Under the pieces are notes generated by a model. The model searched no databases. It was given only the letters and a program-made list of their open reading frames with translations, and had not been told where the DNA came from. Shown in pieces: positions 26,251 through 35,730 of a DNA stretch of 40,000 nucleotides. Made by a program: the position numbers and the translations under genes. The stretch lies in sequence record KT624200.1, one strand, 5' to 3'. Each line of letters opens with the position of its first letter. Position 1 is the first letter of the stretch. Source of the stretch: Bacillus phage SP-15.

Positions 26251-27397
26251 GAACTTACATGTTAAGTGCAGCGAGAAATAAACCTCGTGAATTGCTGGGA
26301 CATCCTGAGAGCCAGTCAGACTACAACGTAAGGATGAAATAAGCCTAAGCGTGAATGTTTGAAAACTGACTGGATTGGATAATCAGCATCCAAGCTCCGA
26401 ATAGGAGAAGGTCCAACGACTATCGAAAGGCACTATACTTAATGTAGTGAACCGAGTAGAGTAGGGATCAAGTGATCTCGAAGTGCGAGGAACTCTTAGT
26501 AGTAAACTCTGAAATAAAAATTAGATGGTGATTATTTGAGTAAAATATCGTGTCCGATTTGCTCTAAAGAATATCACTTCTTACTAAATCATGTGAGAAT
26601 GGCTCACAAGATAAGCTCCAAAGAATTTAAGGAACGTTATCCTGGACATCCTACAGTAAGTTCAAAAGTAAGAGAACAGCGTAGGGTAGCAGCTAATACA
26701 CTTCATAGTGATAAGGAAGCTTCTAGAAAACGAGCTAAGTCGATATCTGAGACTAAAAAGAAGACATTCACTAAAGAAGATAGTCGAAGATTAGCTGAGT
26801 CTCGAAAGAGAAAAAGAGAGGCTGATCCTGAACATCGTGAGTACATTAGTAATCAGATGAGTAAGGCTGCGAAGAAGTTATGGACTGATCATCGAGATAA
26901 AATGGTTCAGATAGCTGAGGATTTGTGGGACGATGAGTCGTACAGAGACAAGCAGTTGAGAACTCGAGGTAAGAAAGTTCACAAGTTCGAGTCCAGTTCG
27001 GGAGATGTTATTTGGATGAGGAGTTCTTGGGAAGTTAGAACTGCTGAGTTTCTTGAGGCAGAAGGAGTTAAGTTCGATTACGAAACTCTTAGATTTCCAT
27101 ATGAGTTTGAAGGTAAGCGTAATCCTCAATACACTCCAGACTTCTACTTAGTAGATAAGGGTATATTCTTAGAAGTTAAACCTAAGACTTATACTAAGGC
27201 TCTCGTCAATCAGGAGAAACTTAAAGCAGTAAGAAGTGCAGGTTACTTGATAAGGTATGTTACAGAAGATGATCTTAAGGATAAGTTTAAGAGTTTATCA
27301 GAGTTTATTAAGAGTAACACTAAGAGTTGTGATATAGTCTGACCTTATATGAAAGTATAAGAGAGTGTACGGAAACGGTACATTCGCAACATACGTG
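26251..27397 (+). mobile_element. Group I intron in the major capsid gene
   Basis: P1: exon GCTGCAT with GTGCAGC (U.G). P: AATTGCTGGGA (26290). Q: AATCAGCATCC (26381). R: GTCCAACGACTA (26411). S: TGATATAGTC (27330). P10: GTTAA with exon 2 TTGAC. Splicing restores ...AFDAA-F-DMQRDYGVD... in frame. Confidence 0.94.
26536..27342 (+). CDS. Intron-encoded homing endonuclease, homologous to the 14110-15033 product
   Basis: CPICSKEYHFLLNHVRMAH ... MRSSWEVRTAEFLEAEGVKFDYETLRFPYEF...TPDFYLVDKGIFLEVKPK. Confidence 0.85.
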   Translation: MSKISCPICSKEYHFLLNHVRMAHKISSKEFKERYPGHPTVSSKVREQRRVAANTLHSDKEASRKRAKSISETKKKTFTKEDSRRLAESRKRKREADPEHREYISNQMSKAAKKLWTDHRDKMVQIAEDLWDDESYRDKQLRTRGKKVHKFESSSGDVIWMRSSWEVRTAEFLEAEGVKFDYETLRFPYEFEGKRNPQYTPDFYLVDKGIFLEVKPKTYTKALVNQEKLKAVRSAGYLIRYVTEDDLKDKFKSLSEFIKSNTKSCDIV

Positions 27398-27996
27398 TTG
27401 ACATGCAACGTGACTACGGAGTAGATATCAATACTGCTCTAGTATCTCAAATTGCTGCTGAAATCAAGCACGAAATTGATGGAGAAATCATGAATGACCT
27501 AGTTGTTCAAGCTGGTGCTACTCAAGCTCCATTAACTTTCGATACTAAAGCTCCAACTGGAGTAAGCTTGAAAGATCACTATGAAGGATTCTACAACAAG
27601 ATCATCGAAGCATCTAATGCTATCTTTGCTGCTACTAAGCGTGCATCTGCTACATTCATCGTAGTTGGTACTGGTACAGCTAACGTTGTTGAGTCTCTAT
27701 CTAACTTCAAGCCAGCAGGTACTTTAAATCCAGTAGGTCCTCACTTAGCAGGTTACCTAAATGGAACAATTCCTGTATACAAAAACCCTTACTATGCAGC
27801 TGACACATTCTTAGTTGGTTACAAAGGACAAGGTTTATTCGATGCAGGTTATGTATATTCTCCTTACCAACCAGTAATGACTACAAGCTTGGTAATGTTA
27901 GATGATTTCGTCGGGCGGAGAGGCTTTGCTACATCCTATGGTAAGAAAATGGTTAACTCTAAGCTTTACGCTAAAGGTCAAATCATCCAATCTTAA
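27398..27996 (+). CDS. Major capsid protein, exon 2
   Basis: FDMQRDYGVDINTALVSQIAAEIKHEIDGEI..., downstream FVGRRGFATSYGKKMVNSKLYAKGQ. Confidence 0.9.
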
Positions 27997-28029
27997 TCTA
28001 ACCGATTGGGATTGATTGATTCATAAATT

Positions 28030-28068
28030 AGTAGGTAGGAAGAAAGTTGCCCTCGCTTCCTACCTACT
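28030..28068 (+). terminator. Stem-loop after the major capsid gene
   Basis: AGTAGGTAGGAAG ... CTTCCTACCTACT, perfect 13-bp stem followed by ATAATAT. Confidence 0.65.
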
Positions 28069-28092
28069 ATAATATATTGTGGAGGTGGACAA

Positions 28093-28704
28093 GTGATTAA
28101 ATTGATTAACCAAAATCCGTTCGATATCTCAGTCGAGGCATTCAGACGGTATCATAAACTTAGCATTGAAGCTAAAAATTCACTTGAACTGACTCATCCT
28201 CTTGACCTAACGAAAGAAGCACTTACTTACTACAACTCACTTGCACCTGTACTTAACTTTGAAGTTAAGTCAGATGTTAGTAAATTGAGAACTTTTAAGG
28301 AAGTTGAAGATGAACTATGGGGAATCGCTCCTCAAGTTGAGTCTGTAGTTGAGTTAGTAGAGAATGAGGATAAGCAAGATAACATAGATGACGATTCTGG
28401 TGAAAAAGATGACGAAACTACTGATCCTGATAAGGGTGAAGGTAATACTGAGTCCGATCAAACTCCAGATAGTCAATCCGATGAAGGTACTCCTGATCCA
28501 GAGCAAACTCCTGAAGAAGATACTCCAAGTGAGGAAACTCCAACTGAGGGTGATTCATTAAAGGATAAGATAGCTGGTATGGAACTACCTGAATTGAAAG
28601 AACTAGCTAAGAGTGCTGGACTTGAATTGAAAGGTCGAGTAACTAGAGCTAGTGCTACTAAAGCTCTTCTAGAGAATGAAGAAGCAGTTCTTAATGTTTT
28701 ATAA
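28093..28704 (+). CDS. Acidic linker protein with SAP/HeH-like C-terminus
   Basis: GTG start with SD ggaggtggacaa; D/E/P/T-rich centre; C-terminal MELPELKELAKSAGLELKGRVTRASATKALLE. Confidence 0.6.
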   Translation: MIKLINQNPFDISVEAFRRYHKLSIEAKNSLELTHPLDLTKEALTYYNSLAPVLNFEVKSDVSKLRTFKEVEDELWGIAPQVESVVELVENEDKQDNIDDDSGEKDDETTDPDKGEGNTESDQTPDSQSDEGTPDPEQTPEEDTPSEETPTEGDSLKDKIAGMELPELKELAKSAGLELKGRVTRASATKALLENEEAVLNVL

Positions 28705-28718
28705 GGTGGTGACTGCTC

Positions 28719-29375
28719 ATGGAACTGTCGGAATACTGTGATAAAATCCGACGTAAGTTAGGTTATCCTACAGTTAACGTTGAGTTAACTCAGGAGCAAC
28801 TTGAGGATGCAGTTAACGATGCTTTTATAGAAATAGAGCCTTATATCACTGACAGTCAGTACGTTACATTACCATACATGAATCGGATAGATATGTCACA
28901 ATACAATGTGGACTACATATCGGATATATACAAATCTCCAATAGGATTAGCAGACGTCACTACTCTTAGTGTTGATTTATATTTTTATGGTGGTATGTCC
29001 TTAGAGGACGTAGCGACTAGACTCAATGCTGAAAGAATGGCTTTATCTCTGAAAGATCGGTTGTCTCACAAATGGGTCAGTCCTTATCTCTATGTAGATA
29101 TGGCACCACCGTACTCCAACTCAATTACCATCGAATATGTACCTATCTATTCAGATGTTGAGTCTATCTCTAACAACTTCTGGATCACGTTGATTCTTAG
29201 ATTAGCTCTAGCTAATGCTAAAGAGACACTAGGTCGTATCCGAGGTAAGATGAGAGTCACATCATCTCCAGTTGAAGTCGATGGCGACACTTTACTTGGT
29301 GAAGCTGCTGCTGATAAGGCAGAGATAAGGAGATATCTAGACGAACAAGCTGATACTTTCTTCCCAACTGATTAA
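28719..29375 (+). CDS. Head-tail connector / neck protein
   Basis: CDKIRRKLGYPTVNVELTQEQLEDAVNDAFIEIEPYI, typical of a T4-like neck protein; syntenic position. Confidence 0.6.
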   Translation: MELSEYCDKIRRKLGYPTVNVELTQEQLEDAVNDAFIEIEPYITDSQYVTLPYMNRIDMSQYNVDYISDIYKSPIGLADVTTLSVDLYFYGGMSLEDVATRLNAERMALSLKDRLSHKWVSPYLYVDMAPPYSNSITIEYVPIYSDVESISNNFWITLILRLALANAKETLGRIRGKMRVTSSPVEVDGDTLLGEAAADKAEIRRYLDEQADTFFPTD

Positions 29376-29403
29376 TAAAATACTTTTAGGAGGTCACTCT
29401 CAC

Positions 29404-30420
29404 ATGCGTAATGAAATGACAATCGTTGATAAGTTAATCAAGAAATCCGCTCCTTCATTAAATGAAGGATTACAGTTCACTTTAGTCGAAGGTGAATTAG
29501 TTGGTAAGCTATTCAAAGTAGCAGTAGACATTCCAGTTAATGAAAAAGAAGAAATCGGTTCCGATAAATTCTTATTCGTTAAGGAAGCTAAAGAAGGTAA
29601 TCTTGAAGTTGAAGTACGTAACTCTGATGACAAGATTATCGGTCTATTAAAAGCTAGCGAAACTGCATTTGAGAAGTTAATCAATGACGAAGCTATCGAA
29701 GAAGTAGTTACTGAATCAGTTCCTACTGTTAACGAAAGCAAGAAATACTTCACTGAAGCAGTAGATCCTAAGCTTATTAATGCTGTAGCTGAAGCTGTAG
29801 CTGATGAAGATTTCGAAGCTGCATCTGATGCATTAAGCAAAATCGACTCTGATGAAGATATCTACGAAGCTTTAGTAACTGCTGTAGCTAAAGTCGGAGA
29901 TATGGATGAGGACGATGCTGAGGACTTAGTTGATGAGTTCTTAGAAGAAATTGATACTGACGACGAAGAAGACGATGAACTAGATGAAAGAATGAAACTA
30001 GTTGTTCGTGGCGGTAAAGTAAAACGTATCAATGTTCCTATCCGTAAGAAGAGATTAAATGCTAAGCAAAAGGCAGCATTACGTAAAGCTCGTCGTAAAG
30101 CTCACACATCTTCTGCTAATAAGGCTCGTCGTAAGTCAATGATCGTACGTCGTCGTAGATTCAAAGAGTCTATGGATATGTTAGGTGAAGTTAAGGATAC
30201 AATCGAGTCTTATGGACTTGCTGTACTTGACACTGACCTTGATATGACTAACGAGTCTGTAGCTCTAGAGTTAACTCTAGACAATACTGATTCATTCGAA
30301 GTTAACTTAACTGAAATGGAAAGCTATTTCTCTGAGCAGTTCAATGCAGATGTAGAAATCCCAGATGTTCAGTTAGTAAATGAAAATCAAGCTGCAGTAC
30401 TTAAATTGATCGTAAGATAA
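29404..30420 (+). CDS. Putative virion/head protein with acidic tract followed by a very basic segment
   Basis: DEDDEEDDELDE followed by KVKRINVPIRKKRLNAKQKAALRKARRKAHTSSANKARRKSMIVRRRRF. Confidence 0.55.
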   Translation: MRNEMTIVDKLIKKSAPSLNEGLQFTLVEGELVGKLFKVAVDIPVNEKEEIGSDKFLFVKEAKEGNLEVEVRNSDDKIIGLLKASETAFEKLINDEAIEEVVTESVPTVNESKKYFTEAVDPKLINAVAEAVADEDFEAASDALSKIDSDEDIYEALVTAVAKVGDMDEDDAEDLVDEFLEEIDTDDEEDDELDERMKLVVRGGKVKRINVPIRKKRLNAKQKAALRKARRKAHTSSANKARRKSMIVRRRRFKESMDMLGEVKDTIESYGLAVLDTDLDMTNESVALELTLDNTDSFEVNLTEMESYFSEQFNADVEIPDVQLVNENQAAVLKLIVR

Positions 30421-30436
30421 GGCAGGAGTGATCCTT

Positions 30437-30991
30437 ATGAACCTCTTCGAGTTAAGTAGATCTCAACTGGTCTCTGTCATTAGAGACCAGACTCCTACGA
30501 GGTTCAATTCTCGTCTTAAAATACAATTAGGTACAGGCTTAAAACTAGATCCAGATCTACTCGTTAGATCTGGATTATTAAATGTTAAAGTACCAGTTGT
30601 TGGAGAGACTGATGAGTACCTTGTGAGTATAGAGATAGACGACTATCTAAGGGATTTAGTCTACTCAGTTCAGCGTTCAGTACCATCTGAAAGACGTAAT
30701 ACTATAGTTCAGTCATTGAGGTATGCATTCCAGATGTACGACATGAAAGTACATTGCACATGCCCTGACTTTCATTATAGATTCGAATATACTGCCAATC
30801 AAAAAGGAGCATTAGTTATCCCTCCAGGTGATGCTAACATACTTCCTGCTAAAATTACCAATCCTGACAATAACGGAGTAGGTTGTAAGCATATAGGGTA
30901 TGTCGTAGCTAACTATTCAAGATGGGTACCTAAGTTGGTCACTCAACTGAATAGGACTCTCAAGAATAATCCATCCTTATTAAGTAGGTGA
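30437..30991 (+). CDS. SWIM-like zinc-motif protein in the neck module
   Basis: CTCPDFHYRFEY ... GCKHIGYV (CxC...CxH); SD caggagtgatcctt. Confidence 0.6.
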   Translation: MNLFELSRSQLVSVIRDQTPTRFNSRLKIQLGTGLKLDPDLLVRSGLLNVKVPVVGETDEYLVSIEIDDYLRDLVYSVQRSVPSERRNTIVQSLRYAFQMYDMKVHCTCPDFHYRFEYTANQKGALVIPPGDANILPAKITNPDNNGVGCKHIGYVVANYSRWVPKLVTQLNRTLKNNPSLLSR

Positions 30992-30995
30992 CACA

Positions 30996-31520
30996 ATGGG
31001 TCTATTTACTCCAGATAATCAAGAATTCGACTTACTTGCTGGATTCTTCAATGAAGCAGCTCATCTGCTAGGTAATCCAGTCAAAGTAAAATTATCACAA
31101 CTTACTGGTCGTGACTTTTATAGTGACCCTGAATACGAACATAGTTTACCTAAGGAAATAGATATTATATTCGAGGACAATCCTAGAGTTAAGACTCTTA
31201 AAGACCTCCACTGGTACAATGAAGATGCGGAGGTACTTCCTGTAATAGCTTACATCTCCAGTAAAGATGTCAATAACTTCAACCTGAATCCGTTAGAGGG
31301 TACTGTAGTTGAATTGCCTTACAAAATTGGAGGTAAGCATCAAACTAGTATCTTTGAGATACAAGAGCCTAAGGGATTTGGTCCTAATCAGGTATACTGG
31401 GTCTGTAAGCTAGTACCTTATCGAGCTGAAACTAGTGATAAGATTGTTGAAGAGGTCAAATCTGACTCTAAGCAAGATGACAACTTTGATCTAATCAAGT
31501 TCGAAGATCTAGATAAGTAG
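30996..31520 (+). CDS. Putative head-closure/neck protein
   Basis: Position between connector and tail-completion genes. Confidence 0.45.
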   Translation: MGLFTPDNQEFDLLAGFFNEAAHLLGNPVKVKLSQLTGRDFYSDPEYEHSLPKEIDIIFEDNPRVKTLKDLHWYNEDAEVLPVIAYISSKDVNNFNLNPLEGTVVELPYKIGGKHQTSIFEIQEPKGFGPNQVYWVCKLVPYRAETSDKIVEEVKSDSKQDDNFDLIKFEDLDK

Positions 31521-31530
31521 GTGACTTTAT

Positions 31531-32034
31531 ATGACAATGACACTCTATGTAAGTACCATCGACTTAGAATGGGAACCTGGTAAGCGTATTGCTCAAGGTA
31601 GTTTAGAACAATACTTACCTCAGTTTTCTAAGTACATGGCTAAGATTATGGCTGAGGAAATAGTCAAAGCTATAGATAATCAGAGGTTCAAGTCTAAATG
31701 GGCACCACTGAAGATTGGGTACTTAAAATACAAGCAACGTCATGATCTTAGTACGAAAGTATGGGAAGCTACTAGCGTACTAAAGGACAATATTAAGGCT
31801 TATAGGTATAGAGACCGTTGGGTCGTTGGTATTCCCAAGTCGAGAACATATCCAGGTACTTCATTGAGGGTTTATCAAGTGGCTCAATATCTAGAGTATG
31901 GGACTACTAGAATGCCACCTAGACCTTTATTCCGTCCTATAGTATCTTACTTAAGTAAGAACATAAGACGTTATTGGATAAAATTCTTACGTGAGGAAGG
32001 AGTATTGCCTAATGAGTCTCAATCTGTACGATGA
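31531..32034 (+). CDS. HK97-gp10-like / virion morphogenesis tail completion protein
   Basis: KWAPLKIGYLKYKQRHDLSTKVWEATSVLKDNI...YLEYGTTRMPPRPLFRPIV. Confidence 0.65.
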   Translation: MTMTLYVSTIDLEWEPGKRIAQGSLEQYLPQFSKYMAKIMAEEIVKAIDNQRFKSKWAPLKIGYLKYKQRHDLSTKVWEATSVLKDNIKAYRYRDRWVVGIPKSRTYPGTSLRVYQVAQYLEYGTTRMPPRPLFRPIVSYLSKNIRRYWIKFLREEGVLPNESQSVR

Positions 32035-32611
32035 TGCTATGCTCGAAAAGTTCAGAGGAGTATTCCCTAACTCAGTATTCGCTCAACCAGATCAATTCTT
32101 TATAGCATTAGAAGAGCTGAATGGTTCAGGTTCAATACCTAAACTTCCAGCTATTTCAATCTATAGATCTCAAACTAGTATAGCCACTCAGATATCTAGC
32201 TTTCCTGACCTCAATAGAGGTAGGAGATTAAATTATCATACTGATGCTAAGGCTGACGTATACAATGCTAGATCTATTCCGATGAGGTTAGAGTATACAG
32301 TTGAGTTCTGGTCTAAGGAGAAACGAGTACTTAACGAATTAACAGAGCAAATAGTATTCTGGTTATTCCGTAAACCTGAGCTTACAATAAAAGTACCGAT
32401 GAGTGCTGAAGCTCAAGACTTTACTATCCAGGTAAGTGAGGATATAGTCGATAACACAGAACTCTCTGAGTTCGGTGATAAAGGTCGATTATATAGATCT
32501 ACACTCACTCTCATCATCGATAGTGCTAGAATCTTCAATGTATACGAGAAGAAGACAGTATTGTTGGTTGATGTTGATATATCTAATGAGGGTGAATCTA
32601 CATCCGAATAA
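32012..32611 (+). CDS. Putative tail terminator/neck protein
   Basis: ATG 32012 with SD gaggaaggag, overlaps the previous gene; position only. Confidence 0.5.
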   Translation: MSLNLYDDAMLEKFRGVFPNSVFAQPDQFFIALEELNGSGSIPKLPAISIYRSQTSIATQISSFPDLNRGRRLNYHTDAKADVYNARSIPMRLEYTVEFWSKEKRVLNELTEQIVFWLFRKPELTIKVPMSAEAQDFTIQVSEDIVDNTELSEFGDKGRLYRSTLTLIIDSARIFNVYEKKTVLLVDVDISNEGESTSE

Positions 32612-32624
32612 AGGAGTGAGAAAT

Positions 32625-32855
32625 ATGCATAAAGTTACTTGCATGTCAAGGTTTGTTTCATTAGTAGTTGACGGTGAACCTAAACACTTGAATCAAAGAG
32701 AATCAGTTCAAATGGCTGAGCTCACTGGTCAAGTTAAGAACCTTGAGAGGTTAGGAGTAGTGCGAGTAAGTAAAGTCGCATCTCCAAAGCCTAGTCAACC
32801 GAAAGCAGTAACACCTTCTAGTAAGGTCAAACCTGAACCTACTAAGAAGGACTAA
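32625..32855 (+). CDS. Small hypothetical protein
   Basis: ATG 32625 with SD aaaggagtgag (the ORF track start at 32475 lies upstream). Confidence 0.55.
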   Translation: MHKVTCMSRFVSLVVDGEPKHLNQRESVQMAELTGQVKNLERLGVVRVSKVASPKPSQPKAVTPSSKVKPEPTKKD

Positions 32856-32873
32856 TCTCGGAGGTGAAAGTTG

Positions 32874-34358
32874 ATGGTATTCTTAGCTCCTGCGGTTAAG
32901 ACACGAGAACTTGATTTCTCATCCTATGTTGGTCAAGCATCAACTAGTGTAGTCGGGGTTGTTGGAGGAGGTAGTCGTGGACCTATTGGTACACCTACAT
33001 TACTAACTAATCCTAACGACTTACCACGTATATTTGGTGAGCCAACCATCGCTGATCATGGTCCGATGGCTGCTATCCAATTCCTTCAGAAAGGTAACCA
33101 ATTATGGTACATTCGTGAAGCTGATGAGGATCTAGTGGCTAAGGCTAATGCCAAATTCTCTGGTAAGGATGAATCCGATGCAGCTGTAGCTGATATCCTA
33201 ACTATCGAATTCAATGAATACGGTACGTATGGTAATAAGTTCTCAGCTAGTATCACTGAAGTTAACGGTCTTGATTTTACTATGACTATCTTTAACGGTA
33301 AAGTAGTACACAAGTCTGTTAAAGCTTCACTTGACTCTGACTCTCCTAAATTCATCGAGAATGCTAATGATAGTGAGTTCACTTTCATAGTTGAATTAGG
33401 AGAAGCTACTAAGATTGATGAGGTAACTAAGGTAGCATTCACTGGTGGTCATGACGGACTTCCTATTCCATCTAATAAGATTATCGGTATAGGTAACCGA
33501 GGACTTCAAGCATTCGCTAACCCTAACTTACTAGATATCAATATCTTAGCAGTTCCTGGACGATATGAAGCTAGTATCGTAACAGAAATGTTAAAAATCT
33601 GTGAGAACAGATTCGATTGCTTTGCTTTAATCGATCCTCCTCAGGGATTAACTCCGACTGAGGTTGTCCAATACCACAACGGTGAGTTGACTGGTCAGGA
33701 TATGCCTAAAGGCGGATTAGATAGTTCTTATGGAGCTATTTATTATCCTTGGGTTAAGGTTGCTAATCCATACACTGGAGTAGATGAGTGGATTCCTCCA
33801 AGTGGAGTTGTTGCTGGTGCATTTGCATACAATGATTCCGTGGCTGAGGCATGGTTTGCTACTGCAGGTCTAAATCGTGGTAAATTGACTACTGTACTTG
33901 AACTTGAGTACGATATGTCAGATGGCGAAATGGATCTGCTATATGGTAATGACAATGCTGTCAATCCAATCATCAACTATAAGAAAAATGGATTTGTAAT
34001 CTGGGGTAACCGTACATTACAACGTCAGGATTCAGCGACTGATCGTGTTAACGTACGTCGACTTATGTTACAAGTTCGTAAAGCAGTAGCTGCATCAACA
34101 GCTTACATGCTATTCGAACAAAACGATCAATTTACATGGGAACAATGGAAAGGTATGATCGATCCATATCTTGAGACAATCAAGAGTGCTCGTGGTCTAT
34201 ATGACTACTTAGTCGTTATGGACGAAAGTACAGTAACTCCTGCCCATATCGATCGCAATGAGATGCCTGGTCAGGTTCTCCTTAAGCCTACTAAGTCTGC
34301 GGAATTTATTCCTATCGACTTCGTGCTTAAGTCTACTGGTGCTTCATTCGGTAACTAA
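32874..34358 (+). CDS. Contractile tail sheath protein
   Basis: VVGVVGGGSRGPIGTPTLLTNPNDLPRIFG...; C-terminal NEMPGQVLLKPTKSAEFIPIDFVLKSTG. Confidence 0.9.
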   Translation: MVFLAPAVKTRELDFSSYVGQASTSVVGVVGGGSRGPIGTPTLLTNPNDLPRIFGEPTIADHGPMAAIQFLQKGNQLWYIREADEDLVAKANAKFSGKDESDAAVADILTIEFNEYGTYGNKFSASITEVNGLDFTMTIFNGKVVHKSVKASLDSDSPKFIENANDSEFTFIVELGEATKIDEVTKVAFTGGHDGLPIPSNKIIGIGNRGLQAFANPNLLDINILAVPGRYEASIVTEMLKICENRFDCFALIDPPQGLTPTEVVQYHNGELTGQDMPKGGLDSSYGAIYYPWVKVANPYTGVDEWIPPSGVVAGAFAYNDSVAEAWFATAGLNRGKLTTVLELEYDMSDGEMDLLYGNDNAVNPIINYKKNGFVIWGNRTLQRQDSATDRVNVRRLMLQVRKAVAASTAYMLFEQNDQFTWEQWKGMIDPYLETIKSARGLYDYLVVMDESTVTPAHIDRNEMPGQVLLKPTKSAEFIPIDFVLKSTGASFGN

Positions 34359-34383
34359 AATTAACTGAAGAGGTGATTAGCTC

Positions 34384-34911
34384 ATGCCATTACATGAATC
34401 CATTAGCCATATGCACCTGAGTGCGAATAAACGCTACGAGCCTCAACGTGTTAATAACTTCGAGGTAACCATTTATGGGTTACCTGGAGGTGCTGGTGCT
34501 GCTAAAGAGCTGACTATGGCAGTATCAACTTTCTCTAAACCTAACATCACAAACGACCCTATTGAGGTACCTCACGGTAACTCTAAGGTTAAGTTTGCAG
34601 GAACTACTCAGTTCCAAGGTTCTGAGACTCTTGAAGTTGTTGACTACATCGGTGCAGACATCGAGAAAATTGTAGTTGACTGGCATAAACAAGTGTATAA
34701 TCCTGAGGATGATACAATTGGATTTGCTCAGAACTACAAGAAGAAAGCTACCATCACAGAGTTTGCTCCAGATGGTACTATGGAACGTTCTTGGACTCTA
34801 TTAGGTCTATTCCCTACAGGAGTTAACTACGGTGAGAACTTAAACTATGAGGGTAATGAGGTTAAGAAAATCCAAATGACCCTATCTTACGATAAGGCTT
34901 ACCGTAACTAA
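34384..34911 (+). CDS. Tail tube protein (T4 gp19-like)
   Basis: NNFEVTIYGLPGG...SKPNITNDPIEVPHGNSKVKFAGTTQFQGSETLEVVDYIG. Confidence 0.85.
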   Translation: MPLHESISHMHLSANKRYEPQRVNNFEVTIYGLPGGAGAAKELTMAVSTFSKPNITNDPIEVPHGNSKVKFAGTTQFQGSETLEVVDYIGADIEKIVVDWHKQVYNPEDDTIGFAQNYKKKATITEFAPDGTMERSWTLLGLFPTGVNYGENLNYEGNEVKKIQMTLSYDKAYRN

Positions 34912-34917
34912 TGATTG

Positions 34918-34950
34918 AGGAGTACTCCTAGTGGGTACTCCTTGTTTTTA
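34918..34950 (+). terminator. Terminator after the tail tube gene
   Basis: AGGAGTAC ... GTACTCCT followed by TGTTTTTA. Confidence 0.7.
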
Positions 34951-34989
34951 TAGTTGTACCTAACTAATACAATAGGAGGGCTATTAACA

Positions 34990-35730
34990 ATGGCACAATA
35001 TACTGAAGAACATAAATTACCATCCCTAGGAAAGATCAATGATATCAATCCTATCATTACTCTACGTAACATGACAACAGCTGAGGAGAAATTACTTCTA
35101 GGATCTACAAGTAATGCACTTGATCAAGTATTAAATAGCTGTATTGTGGAACCTGCTAAATTAGATGTAAATTCTCTTATCTCTCCAGATAAGCACTTCA
35201 TCCTGATCAAATTACGGGTGCTCAGCTACGGTCCTGACTATTACGTGAAACATAAATGTCCGAGTTGCGGTAAGTTATCTGAGTACAAGATCGATCTGGA
35301 TAAGCTAGATGTTCATTACTTAGATGAAGACTTTACTGAACCATTCGATGAATTTACATTGCCAGTATCTAATAAGAAAGTTGCACTTAGATTACCACGT
35401 ATGTCAGACTTAAATGATGCTGATGCTAAAGCTCGTAAGTTCCATAAGAAATTCCCTGATGCTAAAGGCGATATGGCTTATGTTTACCGACTAATAGCTA
35501 ACATCTATTCAGTTGATGATGACGCTGAAATGACATCCATCCAATTGCAGAATTTCGTAGAGGAATTACATACTCGCGATACTGCTTACATCAAGAATCG
35601 TATGAGTAAGGTTAAAATCGGAATCGATACTACGATTTTCGAGGAATGCCCTAACTCTGCATGTGGAGAGGATGTGCAGTTCGAGTTACCCATCAATTCG
35701 GAATTTTTTCACGCCCGATTCGACGACTAA
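34990..35730 (+). CDS. Baseplate hub/tail assembly protein with two CxxC-type sites (T4 gp26/gp51-like position)
   Basis: KHKCPSCGKLSEYKIDL and CPNSACGEDV; SD aggagggctattaacaATG. Confidence 0.6.
   Translation: MAQYTEEHKLPSLGKINDINPIITLRNMTTAEEKLLLGSTSNALDQVLNSCIVEPAKLDVNSLISPDKHFILIKLRVLSYGPDYYVKHKCPSCGKLSEYKIDLDKLDVHYLDEDFTEPFDEFTLPVSNKKVALRLPRMSDLNDADAKARKFHKKFPDAKGDMAYVYRLIANIYSVDDDAEMTSIQLQNFVEELHTRDTAYIKNRMSKVKIGIDTTIFEECPNSACGEDVQFELPINSEFFHARFDD

Noticed and set aside
26251-26535. Capsid gene truncation with a separate 27403 gene as an independent protein
   Set aside because: Intron pairings restore one 456-aa frame; two separate capsid genes are not needed.
29400-29840. Minus-strand ORF (146 aa), Ser/Asn-rich
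   Set aside because: Mirror of the biased coding sequence of the 29404-30420 gene.
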